Source: an uncultured Deferribacteres bacterium
GTDB taxonomy: Bacteria > Zhuqueibacterota > Zhuqueibacteria > Zhuqueibacterales > Geothermadaptataceae
DNA length: 64,000 nt
Direction of reading: 5' to 3'
Assembly (NCBI GenBank): GCA_964014485.1
Contig: CAXHAT010000008.1
Location: 1-64,000 of the forward strand
In this document: positions 39,401 to 48,547 of the stretch, one piece after another
Layout of the letters: every line of letters starts with the position of its first letter
Position numbering within the stretch: the first letter of the stretch is position 1
The notes under the pieces: model-generated
Databases searched by the model: none
Seen by the model: the letters and a program-made list of their open reading frames with translations, nothing else
Told to the model about the DNA's origin: nothing
Translations under genes and position numbers: made by a program

Positions 39401-39603
39401 ATTTGCTCTTCAATTTCTTGCGGATTGGAATTTGAGTAAGGCGCCGAGACGAACAGGAAATTCGGCGTAAAACCGGAGGGCATGAGTTCGGTCGGCGTTT
39501 GTTTAAAAGCGATAAAGCCGACGACGAGCATCGCGCAGAGAATCATGATCACCGTTACGGGACGGTTGATCGCAAAGCGGGGGAGCAAGCTGGATTTTTC
39601 CAT
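36424..39603 (-). CDS. RND efflux permease (AcrB/AcrD/AcrF family), second subunit
   Basis: FAINRPVT, GMVVDNSIVVLENI, GIVVNNGIVLID, RFRPILMTA. Confidence 0.93.
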   Translation of the reverse strand: MEKSSLLPRFAINRPVTVIMILCAMLVVGFIAFKQTPTELMPSGFTPNFLFVSAPYSNSNPQEIEEQITKPIEEQLRTVSGVRRVQTTSHGNGMWAFIEFANGADMKVAYANVRDRMERVKTELPDDFERIYIEKWSNDDEPILWVSFAEKEPMEDAYLMIEQYVKKPLERVDGIAKVEVWGADEKSILIHINQDLVKAHKINLFEVIQNLRDDNFAVSSGNVTEGGREIYVRSQGKFKTLDQIQNLPIKGANIRLKDVAEVKYDVPERRWRNKIDGSPAVGVGIFKESEANTVEICQRVNDLFVNEYGQDPRLANFKMDILFNQGDWIVESVSNLQNAALWGGVFAFLILFFFLRRFRMTLIVNVAIPLSLLITLIVIYFSGWSLNLITMMGLMISIGMVVDNSIVVLENIYRRRAQGLNDKKAGLFGASEVGLAITMATLTTVVVFLPMILMNDESDAKFFMLRLGLPVIVSLVASLIIAMIFIPLAATKIVSKRKVEEPRIIVRSNNFYQGMLRWTMGNRMWTFLILIGVIASMQFAASNAKSTDDSEGNINDIRLFFELPDNYALDDTEKLFQAVEDTVWAKKEAYGIRTINSRYSATWGQMRVFLTPPPKKEWFEVVYDNILKKFGVLPDGVMPRDEVVEDLNERLPKFAGVDIRTRWRRSGRDDSSIEITLYGDDTGTLVDLSKEVERRLSRVEEIVSIETDREKGKDEIHLTIKREQAKKYGISPQMISGTVQYAVRGIPLPKYYAEDKEIDVQIQLRESDRKNLTQLKNMTFFTSAGKEVPLDAVASFTITKGVGEIRRENGKTFLSIKANSTEDNKSALQEKVDLAMASFEMPYGYTWGKGRSFNMQQERNDAIFFAMILSITFVYLIMGILFESWILPLSILFSIPFAFVGAFWLMYLSGTPIDFMSRLGMVILVGIVVNNGIVLIDLINRLRKEGYSRFDAIIEGGKQRFRPILMTAFTTIGGLIPMAVGNAAMIGIPYAPMGRTIIGGLLTSTILSLVAVPFLYTIFDDLRIYFMKLFSLYLRKEQPTGELAPIDQPAMLRGSEPAS

Positions 39604-39654
39604 GGGGTCACCTGGTCAAGGTTTCTGTAATACTCTCTTCTCTCAAACGGGAAT

Positions 39655-39794
39655 TGGAGTGATGGAATAGTGGAGTTTTGGATTGATGGATTTTCAGGAT
39701 GCGGAGCATCCAGTGGTTCCCCTCCCCGGAGGGGAATAATGCGCGCTTCGCGCGGGCTTCCATCAATCCACTAATCCAACATTCCAAAACTCCA
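39655..39794. repeat. Inverted 8-nt-period TGGA/TCCA array enclosing a CCCCTCCCCGGAGGGG hairpin
   Basis: TGGA at 39655, 39663, 39671, 39679, 39687; TCCA at 39759, 39767, 39775, 39783, 39791. Confidence 0.8.
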
Positions 39795-39799
39795 TTCTT

Positions 39800-42700
39800 T
39801 CAACTCTTCCGATCCACAAGACTGTAAACCGTCGGGATGACGACGAGGGTCAGGATTGTGGCGGTGAGCAGGCCGAAAATTACCGTAATCGCCATCGGCG
39901 TGCGAATTTCAGCGCCGTCGCCGAAGCCAATGGCCATGGGCAGCAGGCCGAGAACCGTGGTCGATGTGGTCATCAAAATCGGGCGCAGACGCACGCGGCC
40001 CGCTTCGACGATGGCCTGCATTTTTTCCATGCCGCGATCGCGCAATTGGTTGATGTAATCGACCAGTACAATCGCGTTGTTAACCACAATGCCCGCCAGC
40101 ATGATCATGCCGAGAAAGACGACAATGCTGAGCGGAATATTCAAAATATAGAGAAACGCGACCACGCCAATGATCGCCAGCGGTATCGTAAAAATGATGA
40201 TAAACGGATGCACCAGCGACTCGAATTGCGAGGCCATCACGATGTAAACCAGGAAAATAGCCAGCGCCAAAGCCAGCGTTAAACTGTTCATCGAAGTTTC
40301 CATTTCCTTGTTCTGTCCCGCGAGCGTGTAAGTGAAACCTTGCGGCAGATTGGTTTCGCTCATGAGCGTGTGGATGTCGTTGCTCACGCTGCGCAAGTCA
40401 CGCCCGCCGCCGATGTTGGCGGTGATGAGCGCCGTGCGTTGTTGGTCAACGCGGCGAATTTCCGACGGGCCTTCATTGACGCGCAATTCAGCAACCGCTG
40501 AAAGCGGGATCGGCTTGGGCGAACCTGGATTAACGATCAAACGGCCAAGATTTTCGATGCTCTGCCGGTCTTGTTCGCGCAACTGCACGAGCACGTCGAT
40601 GCGGCGATCTTGCTGTTTGAATTCCGTCGCGACGTCGCCGCGAACCTTGTTGCGGATGATGGACGCTACGTCGCGCACGTTCAGACCGTAGAGCGCGAGA
40701 CGTTGACGATTGTAAAGGATTTGCACTTCCGGATTGCCCGCCTGCATACTCGATTTTACGTCGAACAAGCCGGGGATTTGCTGCAACTCTTCCTCGAGTC
40801 GTTGCGCGGTTTGCTTGAGCACGGCCAAATTGTAACCGTGGATTTCAAGCTCGATGGGCGTTTTGAAGCTGAATAAAACCGGGAGCGCAATTTTCCATTG
40901 GATGCCGGAATAGTCGCCCATTTGTTCACGAATCGCGGTGATCAAAGCGTCTTCGTCAACGTCAGTCTGATCGCGATCCACCATGACGGTCAATTTTGCG
41001 GTATGCTCGCCTTCTTCGCTGGTGGAGCTGGCGCTTTTGTCCGTGCCGGAAACCGCCGCTATCATGCCAACTCCGGCCATTTGCTGCACTTCATTCTGGA
41101 TTTCGCCGATGCGCGAATCCGTGCGTTCCACCGGCGTGCCGACCGGCATGGAAACTTCAACGTTAAATTCGCCTTGATTAACTTCGGGAATCAATTCGCT
41201 TCCCAAACGCGGCCAAATGACAAAAACGGAGAAAATGAAGAGCGCCGCCATGCCGCCGAGCACCGCACTGCGATTTTGCAACGCACTGCCAAGAAGTTTT
41301 GGATAAGCTTTTTCGATTGCGCCAATAACAACATTGAAAACGGCAAAAACCAGAGCCGCCGGAACCGTGAATAATAGTTGCAATTGCAGCCAGGCAAATT
41401 TCAGCAGCAGCATCACCGAAGTGATGACCAAATGAAAAACACGGAAACTCGCTTCAAGTAAAAGATAGATAAAGAATTTGACGATGTAGAGCGTGAAAAC
41501 GATAGGCGCGAAAATCGCTTTGAAGATTTTCTTGATGATCGAGCTTTCGGAAAACGCAGTCTTAAATTTTCTGAAATCGTTGTAGCACTCGCTCAGTGAT
41601 TGGAAAGATAAGAATGTCGGCCAGAGGTTTTGAATGAATTTGAAATTCCAAATCGCGGAAGTGTTTTGTGAGTAGCCGCCGAATTTTTCAGAGATATTGA
41701 ATTTGACCAGTCGCACAAGCTTGCCGAGGCCGAGAACAGGCGTGAGTATTAAAAGAATCGGCAGGCTAAAGAGCTTTAAAAGGGCGATGACAAATCCGCC
41801 CAGCGCTTGCAAAATTTTGAAAGCGAAAAGGCCGAAATTCAACACAAACGCCCAGGTGCCTTTGCCCAATCGTGAAAACAGGCTCAAGTCGTTGGATTTA
41901 TCGAAGGCTGCGTTGACGTGTTTCTCGCTCGAGAACGAAAAGACGCTGCCTTGCATCACGTCTTTCAGTGCCGCGCCGCCGGAGAATGATTTGAGGCTGC
42001 GGGAAGAAAGCATGGGAATCAGAAACAATGCAACGGCAAGCGAGGCGAAAAGTGAGAAAACAACCGTGAGCGCCATGTCGCCAAAAATCTGCCCGGCCAC
42101 GCCTTCGACGAAAACGATGGGGAAAAATACCGCGACCGTTGTGAGCGTCGAGGCGAAAACCGCGCTGCCGACCTCGCTGACCCCGCGCATTGTCGCTTGA
42201 ATTAAACCGTCGCCTTCTTCACGGCAACGGGCAATGCTTTCCAGGACGACGATTGAGTTATCGACGAGCATGCCGATGCCAAGCGCGAGACCGCCGAGGG
42301 ACATGATGTTGAGCGACACGTCGAAAATTTTCATCGGCGCGAAGGTCGCGACAATGGAGATCGGGATGGCAATGCCGATAATGAGCGTCGCAGTGAAATT
42401 GCGCAGAAAAACGAACAGAACGATGACGGCCAGCAATCCGCCGACGACTGCGGTTGTTTTAACGTCCGCGATGGAATTTTCGATGAAGACGGATTGGTCG
42501 GAGAGTTTGACGATATTCATGCCGTCCGGCAATTCATAGGCGATGAAATTCGTCATCATGCGCGTATTGGCGACGCCGTTGCCGCCGGAACTGCCATTCG
42601 TCGATTCCGCGGAGCCGTTGGTCATCTCATGCGATTTCGTCGTGTCTTCTTTCTGCGATTTCATATTGGCGACGAAAGCCTGCTGTTCCGGCGTGCCGAA

Positions 42701-43702
42701 AATCCGGTCGGTCACGCGATGTGCGATTTCAACAATGTTCGCGTCCGCTTCTTTGAAAATTTCGATCTCGACGCTTTCCTGACCGTCGATGCGGGTGATG
42801 ATCTCACGTTCACGATTTGTGCGCGAAACGTTTGCAACGTCTTTGATTTTGATTTCGCGATTGTTCCAGGTTCCGATCACGACTTCGCGAATTTCAGGAA
42901 CGGTCTTGAATTCGTTGAGCGTGCGGACGAGGTATTCGGTTTGTCCTTCCTTAAGATTGCCCCCTGCGAGATTGACATTCTCCTGCGCCAAGCGATTCTT
43001 GACCTGCTGAATATCGATGCCGATCAGGGTTAGTTGCTGCTCGTTCAGTTCAACACGAATTTCTTCTTCCAAACCGCCCTTAACTTTCACCGCCGCTACG
43101 CCCGGCAGCGTTTCAAGTTTACGTTTAATGTCTTCTTCGGCAATGTAGCGCGTTCGGAAGAGTCCGGAAGCGTCAGGTGCGCCGTAGAGTCCGACGCGAA
43201 TGATGGGATCGAGGGTTGGATCGTAGCGGAGAATGAGCGGACGTTCCGCGTCGTCGGGTAGGAAGACCTGGTCAAGCTTTTCGCGAACGTCGGCGGTCGC
43301 CTGGTTCATGTCCGCGTCCCAGGTAAATTCTAGCTTAACGTCCGATTGTCCCGCTTTGGAAACCGAGCTGATGCTGACGAGCTTATTGACCACGCCCAGC
43401 GCTTGTTCGACGGGGCGGGAAATCGTGGTTTCGATTTCTTCGGGCGCGGTTCCGGTGTATTCGGTGCGCACGGTCAGCGACGGGTAAGTGATGTCCGGCA
43501 TCAAATTTAGCGGCAGTTGCGCGTAGGAAATCCAGCCGAACACAACCACGCCGATGACGACCATCAAAATGCCGACGGGCTTGGTGGTGGTAAACTTGAA
43601 GAACTCACCGCTTCTGCTTGTTGGCGTCAGTGTGGCGTCCTGTTGTTCTTGTAAATCTTTCTCAGCCGCTTGTTGCAGCGCTTTTTTATCTTGATCTTGC
43701 AT
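39800..43702 (-). CDS. RND efflux permease, first subunit, with long hydrophobic insertion
   Basis: LPLNLMPDITYP, GMLVDNSIVVLE, GIVVNNAIVLVD, RLRPILMT; 1300 aa vs 1059 aa for its neighbour. Confidence 0.92.
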   Translation of the reverse strand: MQDQDKKALQQAAEKDLQEQQDATLTPTSRSGEFFKFTTTKPVGILMVVIGVVVFGWISYAQLPLNLMPDITYPSLTVRTEYTGTAPEEIETTISRPVEQALGVVNKLVSISSVSKAGQSDVKLEFTWDADMNQATADVREKLDQVFLPDDAERPLILRYDPTLDPIIRVGLYGAPDASGLFRTRYIAEEDIKRKLETLPGVAAVKVKGGLEEEIRVELNEQQLTLIGIDIQQVKNRLAQENVNLAGGNLKEGQTEYLVRTLNEFKTVPEIREVVIGTWNNREIKIKDVANVSRTNREREIITRIDGQESVEIEIFKEADANIVEIAHRVTDRIFGTPEQQAFVANMKSQKEDTTKSHEMTNGSAESTNGSSGGNGVANTRMMTNFIAYELPDGMNIVKLSDQSVFIENSIADVKTTAVVGGLLAVIVLFVFLRNFTATLIIGIAIPISIVATFAPMKIFDVSLNIMSLGGLALGIGMLVDNSIVVLESIARCREEGDGLIQATMRGVSEVGSAVFASTLTTVAVFFPIVFVEGVAGQIFGDMALTVVFSLFASLAVALFLIPMLSSRSLKSFSGGAALKDVMQGSVFSFSSEKHVNAAFDKSNDLSLFSRLGKGTWAFVLNFGLFAFKILQALGGFVIALLKLFSLPILLILTPVLGLGKLVRLVKFNISEKFGGYSQNTSAIWNFKFIQNLWPTFLSFQSLSECYNDFRKFKTAFSESSIIKKIFKAIFAPIVFTLYIVKFFIYLLLEASFRVFHLVITSVMLLLKFAWLQLQLLFTVPAALVFAVFNVVIGAIEKAYPKLLGSALQNRSAVLGGMAALFIFSVFVIWPRLGSELIPEVNQGEFNVEVSMPVGTPVERTDSRIGEIQNEVQQMAGVGMIAAVSGTDKSASSTSEEGEHTAKLTVMVDRDQTDVDEDALITAIREQMGDYSGIQWKIALPVLFSFKTPIELEIHGYNLAVLKQTAQRLEEELQQIPGLFDVKSSMQAGNPEVQILYNRQRLALYGLNVRDVASIIRNKVRGDVATEFKQQDRRIDVLVQLREQDRQSIENLGRLIVNPGSPKPIPLSAVAELRVNEGPSEIRRVDQQRTALITANIGGGRDLRSVSNDIHTLMSETNLPQGFTYTLAGQNKEMETSMNSLTLALALAIFLVYIVMASQFESLVHPFIIIFTIPLAIIGVVAFLYILNIPLSIVVFLGMIMLAGIVVNNAIVLVDYINQLRDRGMEKMQAIVEAGRVRLRPILMTTSTTVLGLLPMAIGFGDGAEIRTPMAITVIFGLLTATILTLVVIPTVYSLVDRKS

Positions 43703-43805
43703 TTTTTCTCTTCCACTCAGCTTATTGGCAATCGAGAATCGTTATTTCAATTCATCTCGCAGGTAGAATCTTCGACAGCTTGGTCAATCAGTCTCCGATG
43801 TCGAA

Positions 43806-43993
43806 GACCCCAAGGGGGTCGAATGTAATAGCGAAGGGCAACGCCCTGGAAAAACGATTCCTAAAAAGTGTTATTCAAGCCCTGAAAGGGCGAGATAATT
43901 TTGTGTGTCGCCCTTACAGGGCTTGAGGAAACGTGATGCGCTATTTAAACCCAGGGCGTTGCCCTGGGCTATTATGTTTTGCTCCGTTGGAGC
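43806..43993. repeat. Nested palindromic REP-type element (GCCCTGAAAGGGC / CCAGGGCGTTGCCCTGG family)
   Basis: Outer IR aatagcgaagggcaacgccctgg / ccagggcgttgccctgggctatt; inner IR tcaagccctgaaagggcga / tcgcccttacagggcttga. Confidence 0.85.
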
Positions 43994-44048
43994 ATTTTTC
44001 TGTTTTGGGAATTCGAAGTTGTTGGGGAAATCTTTGTAAGAATCGATG

Positions 44049-44090
44049 CGCGGACGTAACGCAGACATCCTTGTCTGCGTTACGTCCGCG
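44049..44090. repeat. Perfect 19-bp hairpin (REP-like GCAGACATCCTTGTCTGC core)
   Basis: cgcggacgtaacgcagaca-tcct-tgtctgcgttacgtccgcg. Confidence 0.8.
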
Positions 44091-44118
44091 GCGGCTCTGG
44101 AGAAAACTTGTTTTGCCG

Positions 44119-45228
44119 TTATCTTTCAGCGACGATTTTTACTTTGGACTGATCCTTTAAACCGGCTTGACCAACCATGATGATTTTGTCACCGGCTTCA
44201 ATGTCCGAGAGCGCTTCGATGTTTTGATAGTCTTGAAAACCAGCGTTGAGCAGAACTTTTGATGCAATGCCATCTCGCACGACAAAGACGAACATTTTTT
44301 CGTTTTCATAAACCAGAGCGGATTTCGAGATGAGCGCGGCGTTTTTGTGCGTCTCGGTGATAATATGCGCATTGACGAACATGCCCGGACGCAGTTGGCC
44401 TTTCTGGTTTTTCACGCCAACCGTGACTTTAAACGTACCGCTTTGCGGATCGACCACCGGGCTGACGCGCTTGATCCAGCCGGTAAATTCTTTGCCGCCG
44501 AGATTGTCGGAAGTCAAAAACGCTTTCTGGTTTTTCTTGATCCGGCCAATTTCTTTCTCCGGCGCGTGAACGACTGCGATCATTTCCTGGGTATTAACAA
44601 CGGAAAACAATTTGTCGGAAGGCTGGATGCGGTCGCCGGGGCGTACGAGACGTTCGCCAATAACGCCGTTGATCGGCGCTTCGATTTGGGTGTATTTCAA
44701 GTTGAGTTGCGCTTTTTCCCATTCGATCTTGGCGTTTTGCATCGTATACTTGGCTTGTTCGAATTCTTCCTTGCTCAGAAGCTTTTTGTCGAACATTGAC
44801 TGGGCGCGGTCATAAGCGTTTTTCTGCTGCTCGAAGCTAACGCGAGCGCTTTGCTCGTTCAGCTCATGCTCATCAGCTTCAAGAGCGACAAGGCTTTGAC
44901 CTTTACGAACGTAATCGCCTTCCTCGGCGTTCAATTTTTCAACGATGCCCTGAACGCGGGAAAAAACGTCAGCCATTTTTTCGGTTTCGAGATTTGAACT
45001 GAGAAGAATGTAGGAGGAGATGTCGCCGCTTTGGACTTGGGCGACTTCGACGGGAACGGATTCATCTTTTTTCTTTTTATCGGGGAGATCGCTGGAAGAC
45101 TTTTCTTCGGTTTGTTTGTTCTCGCTGGCGTCGTCCTTGTTTTTGGCGTTGGTTTCGCCGCAGTGAATTTGCAGAAAGCTGAGTCCTAGAATGAGCAGAA
45201 CTGCCGGCAGTGAAATATACTTTTTCAT
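44119..45228 (-). CDS. RND efflux periplasmic adaptor (MFP)
   Basis: Lipoprotein-like N-terminus; EGDYVRKGQSL, IEAPINGVI, RVSPVVDPQSGTFKV, LRPGMF. Confidence 0.93.
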   Translation of the reverse strand: MKKYISLPAVLLILGLSFLQIHCGETNAKNKDDASENKQTEEKSSSDLPDKKKKDESVPVEVAQVQSGDISSYILLSSNLETEKMADVFSRVQGIVEKLNAEEGDYVRKGQSLVALEADEHELNEQSARVSFEQQKNAYDRAQSMFDKKLLSKEEFEQAKYTMQNAKIEWEKAQLNLKYTQIEAPINGVIGERLVRPGDRIQPSDKLFSVVNTQEMIAVVHAPEKEIGRIKKNQKAFLTSDNLGGKEFTGWIKRVSPVVDPQSGTFKVTVGVKNQKGQLRPGMFVNAHIITETHKNAALISKSALVYENEKMFVFVVRDGIASKVLLNAGFQDYQNIEALSDIEAGDKIIMVGQAGLKDQSKVKIVAER

Positions 45229-45701
45229 GATCCCTTCCTCAAAATAGCTTGAAATTCTTGATCGCTTGGCTAGATGTTTTCTCTCGTACCGCCGCTAACT
45301 ACGGGCGAAATTTGGAAAATGTTTCTCTCTAAAATCAATCAGGCGCTTTTTGTTAATAAGACGATTAAACATAAACAAAAGTCGCTCGACTTCTGACAAG
45401 TTCACGGGCTGAATTAAATATACGGGAATCCAATCGGGATGAGTAAGGCAAGGGGAGATTGAGCAAAATTTCACAATCTATGCGAGGCAAAATAACGGCG
45501 GGACGTTTTTAAGTTTTGAGACGGCTCCACTCATGAAAAATCAATTTGTCCGGAACCTCGCACGATATGAGCAATAATTGCTATAATGCTTCGTCTCCGT
45601 TTAGCGGATATAACAAGTACATTTAAAGCGATTTTCAAAATGAAGAAAAATGGGCGTTTTTTAAACCCGACCTGCAACCTGAACGTCAGTGACTTCCAGC
45701 T

Positions 45702-46226
45702 ATGAGAAAACTTGGTCTGACCTTCCTGCTGTTTATCCTCGCAGCGGCGTGCAACGACATCGACGATATGGCCGGACAGCCGTATTTTTTTGATTTCGAA
45801 ACAGCGGCGGAAATGGAACGCTTCTCCTGGCGCTGCCAAACGCTTTTTGAACGCACGCGAGATTTCGCCACGAACGGCGAGTACGGTCTGAAGCTGGAGT
45901 TTTTTCCCAGCAAGTATCCCGCACTTAAAACCAGTCGTTTTCAGCCTGACTGGACTATTTTTTCAAGTTTACACTTCGATGTTTTTAACCCCGAAAAAGA
46001 TACTTTGCGACTTGATTTCAAAATCAAGGATGCGGACGATCGTCAACACTATGAATTTCTGAAAATCCCGCCTGGACAAGAGCATGTCGCCCTGCCGTTA
46101 TCCGCCCTCGCTTACGACAATCAAAATCGCAAACTGGACTTTAGCCGGATTCGCTCCGTAACCGTTTACATTCTCCAGCCGAAACAAAAGCACACGCTCT
46201 ATTTTGATTATTTTCATTTGAAATGA
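45702..46226 (+). CDS. Lipoprotein, galactose-binding-like/CBM fold likely
   Basis: Lipobox LAAAC; FDFE, ATNGEYGLKL, PDWTIFSSLHFDVFNP, LDFSRI, LYFDYFHL. Confidence 0.6.
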   Translation: MRKLGLTFLLFILAAACNDIDDMAGQPYFFDFETAAEMERFSWRCQTLFERTRDFATNGEYGLKLEFFPSKYPALKTSRFQPDWTIFSSLHFDVFNPEKDTLRLDFKIKDADDRQHYEFLKIPPGQEHVALPLSALAYDNQNRKLDFSRIRSVTVYILQPKQKHTLYFDYFHLK

Positions 46227-46506
46227 ACTCTCGACGAAATTGCTGTGCGAAACCCGGAGAGTCGTCTGATTCGCGTTATAAATTTTCCTGAATATTCGCT
46301 CTGCACAACCGACCTTTAACCGTATAAAAGAATACCGCCGTAACGGATGCGGCTGATGCTCGCTTTTTTACGCCCCGAAATATCAACATGCTCAACGGAT
46401 TCGAGTTTGGCAGACCTCGATTTTCCGGGCTTTATCGATGCATCATTTTTCCCGGGATCGGAACCGCAACAGGAAGTATTTGCACGACAACTCGGCAGGA
46501 GCAGAC

Positions 46507-47700
46507 ATGGGTATTTTCGACTTTCAACGCATCGACCGCCTTCCCCCGTACGTTTTCACCATCGTCAAACAATACAAAGACCAAACCGAGGCGCACGGCA
46601 AGCGCGTGCTGGATTTCGGCATGGGCAATCCCGATCAGCCGCCGCCCCCGCACATTATCGACAAGTTGGTGGAAGTCACTCAAAAGCCGGACGTGCATCG
46701 TTACTCGGTTTCGCACGGCGTGGATGATTTGAGAAGCGCATTGTGCCGCTGGTACCAGAGAAAATATGACGTAACGCTTGATCCTGAGCAGGAAGCTATC
46801 GTCACCATCGGTTCAAAAGAAGGGCTCTCGCACCTTGCGCTGGCCATCATCAATCCCGGAGATCTGGTTTTTAGCCCAAGCCCGGCCTATCCGATTCATC
46901 ATTACGCGCCCATCATTTCCGGTGGATTGGTTCATCACATTCCCGTCGGCCCCAAGGAAGATTTTCTGGACAATGTGAAGCAGGCGTTTAAAAAGGCTTC
47001 GCCGCGGCCCAAAATCATCTTCTTGAACTTTCCACACAACCCGACCGCCGCTTGCGTGGAACTGGATTTTTACCGGGACATCGTTGAATTTGCACTGGAA
47101 CAAGATATTCTTTTGGTTAATGATTTAGCTTATTCCGAGGTCGCATTTGACGGCTACGTGCCGCCGTCCATTTTGCAAATTCCCGGTGCAAAAGACATTG
47201 CGGTTGAATTTTACAGCATGTCGAAAACATACAACATGCCCGGGTGGCGCGTCGGTTTCTGCGCCGGCAACGCCAAAGTTGTTGCAGCGCTGCGCAGAAT
47301 GAAAAGTTATTTGGATTACGGTATGCCGCAGCCGGTGCAAATCGCCGCCGCCGCCGCACTGAACGGCCCGCAGTCGTGCGTAGACGATATTCGCGATTTG
47401 TACCAAAAACGCCGCGATCAATTATGCGACGGTTTGAATAGCGTCGGTTGGGCGGTGGAACGCCCCAGAGCGACGATGTTTGTCTGGGCGGAAATACCGG
47501 AAGAATTTAAGGCAATAGGGTCGCTAAAGTTTAGCAAGTATCTGATTGAAGAAGCGGGCGTGGCGCTTTCACCGGGGATCGGTTTTGGCGATTTTGGCGA
47601 CGAATATGTGCGCATCAGCCTGCTCGGTTCAGAAGTGGAAATTGCGGAAGCCGTGGATAATATTGGCGGGGCGTTGAATCGACGGGCAGTAGCGGCGTAA
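46507..47700 (+). CDS. alaC: PLP class I aminotransferase, AlaC-like
   Basis: FQRIDRLPPYVF, DFGMGNPD, IVTIGSKEGL, NFPHNPT, DLAY, SMSKTYNMPGWRVGF, KSYLDYG. Confidence 0.8.
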   Translation: MGIFDFQRIDRLPPYVFTIVKQYKDQTEAHGKRVLDFGMGNPDQPPPPHIIDKLVEVTQKPDVHRYSVSHGVDDLRSALCRWYQRKYDVTLDPEQEAIVTIGSKEGLSHLALAIINPGDLVFSPSPAYPIHHYAPIISGGLVHHIPVGPKEDFLDNVKQAFKKASPRPKIIFLNFPHNPTAACVELDFYRDIVEFALEQDILLVNDLAYSEVAFDGYVPPSILQIPGAKDIAVEFYSMSKTYNMPGWRVGFCAGNAKVVAALRRMKSYLDYGMPQPVQIAAAAALNGPQSCVDDIRDLYQKRRDQLCDGLNSVGWAVERPRATMFVWAEIPEEFKAIGSLKFSKYLIEEAGVALSPGIGFGDFGDEYVRISLLGSEVEIAEAVDNIGGALNRRAVAA

Positions 47701-47746
47701 GGCAAATTTGACGAGAGCGGTGGAAAAAGGCGGCCTTTTTTCAGCC

Positions 47747-48547
47747 TCAAAAATTGGCGAAAGCTTCTCCCGTAAACGGCTGCGAGACCGTCCCTTGCAA
47801 TCGCGGTCGGTCTGTTTCAGCGTCGATCGAGATGACCAGTTCTCCGCCGGGCGGGTAAAGCATGACGGGAAATTCTACTTTTTTGCATTCGGCGCTGATA
47901 TATGCGGAAGCGACGGCGCCCGTGCCGCACGCCAGCGTTTCAGCGTTAACGCCGCGCTCATAAGTACGAATTTTGAGCGTTCTTTCGTCAACGATTTCGA
48001 TGAAATTGACATTGGTTCCATGCGGGGCGAAAAAGGCGTGTTTGCAATAATGCTTGCCGATTTTCTCGACGTTTACGGCCGCCAGGTTTTGTGAGAAAAT
48101 CACATAATGCGGCACGCCGACCCAACAAAATCCTCCTTCTTCAAAATCGCTGTGTTCTAACGCTCCCGGCAAAATCGTCGTCTTTTTTGGTTTGTGCATC
48201 AAGAGCGAAACGACGTCTCCGGCGACTGAAGCTTCGTAGACGTCATCGCAAACTTCAAAACGACAGTTTTCCGGCGCGAGTTTATTGTGCACGGCAAACC
48301 AGGCTGAAGCGCGCGCGCCGTTACCGCACATTTCCGCTTCTGCGCCGTCCGCGTTGAAATAGCGCATCCGAAAATCAGTTTTTTCGCTCGGCTCCAAAAT
48401 CAAAATTCCGTCTGCGCCGACGCCCTTTTGGCGATGGCAAAGATGTTCCAAAAATGTCTGGTCATAGTCCTTGGCGGGCGATGCGACATGGTCGAAGAGA
48501 ATGAAGTCGTTGCCGGTCGCGGAAAGTTTTGCAAAGTGAACTTTCAT
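47747..48547 (-). CDS. dapF: Diaminopimelate epimerase
   Basis: ATGNDF, GVGADG, NADGAEAEMCGNGAR, GVPH, TNVNF, RTYERGV..TLACGTGA. Confidence 0.95.
   Translation of the reverse strand: MKVHFAKLSATGNDFILFDHVASPAKDYDQTFLEHLCHRQKGVGADGILILEPSEKTDFRMRYFNADGAEAEMCGNGARASAWFAVHNKLAPENCRFEVCDDVYEASVAGDVVSLLMHKPKKTTILPGALEHSDFEEGGFCWVGVPHYVIFSQNLAAVNVEKIGKHYCKHAFFAPHGTNVNFIEIVDERTLKIRTYERGVNAETLACGTGAVASAYISAECKKVEFPVMLYPPGGELVISIDAETDRPRLQGTVSQPFTGEAFANF

Noticed and set aside
36460..39435. Long + strand ORFs (253, 289, 280 aa)
   Set aside because: Antisense shadows of the GC-rich RND gene; no motifs or RBS.
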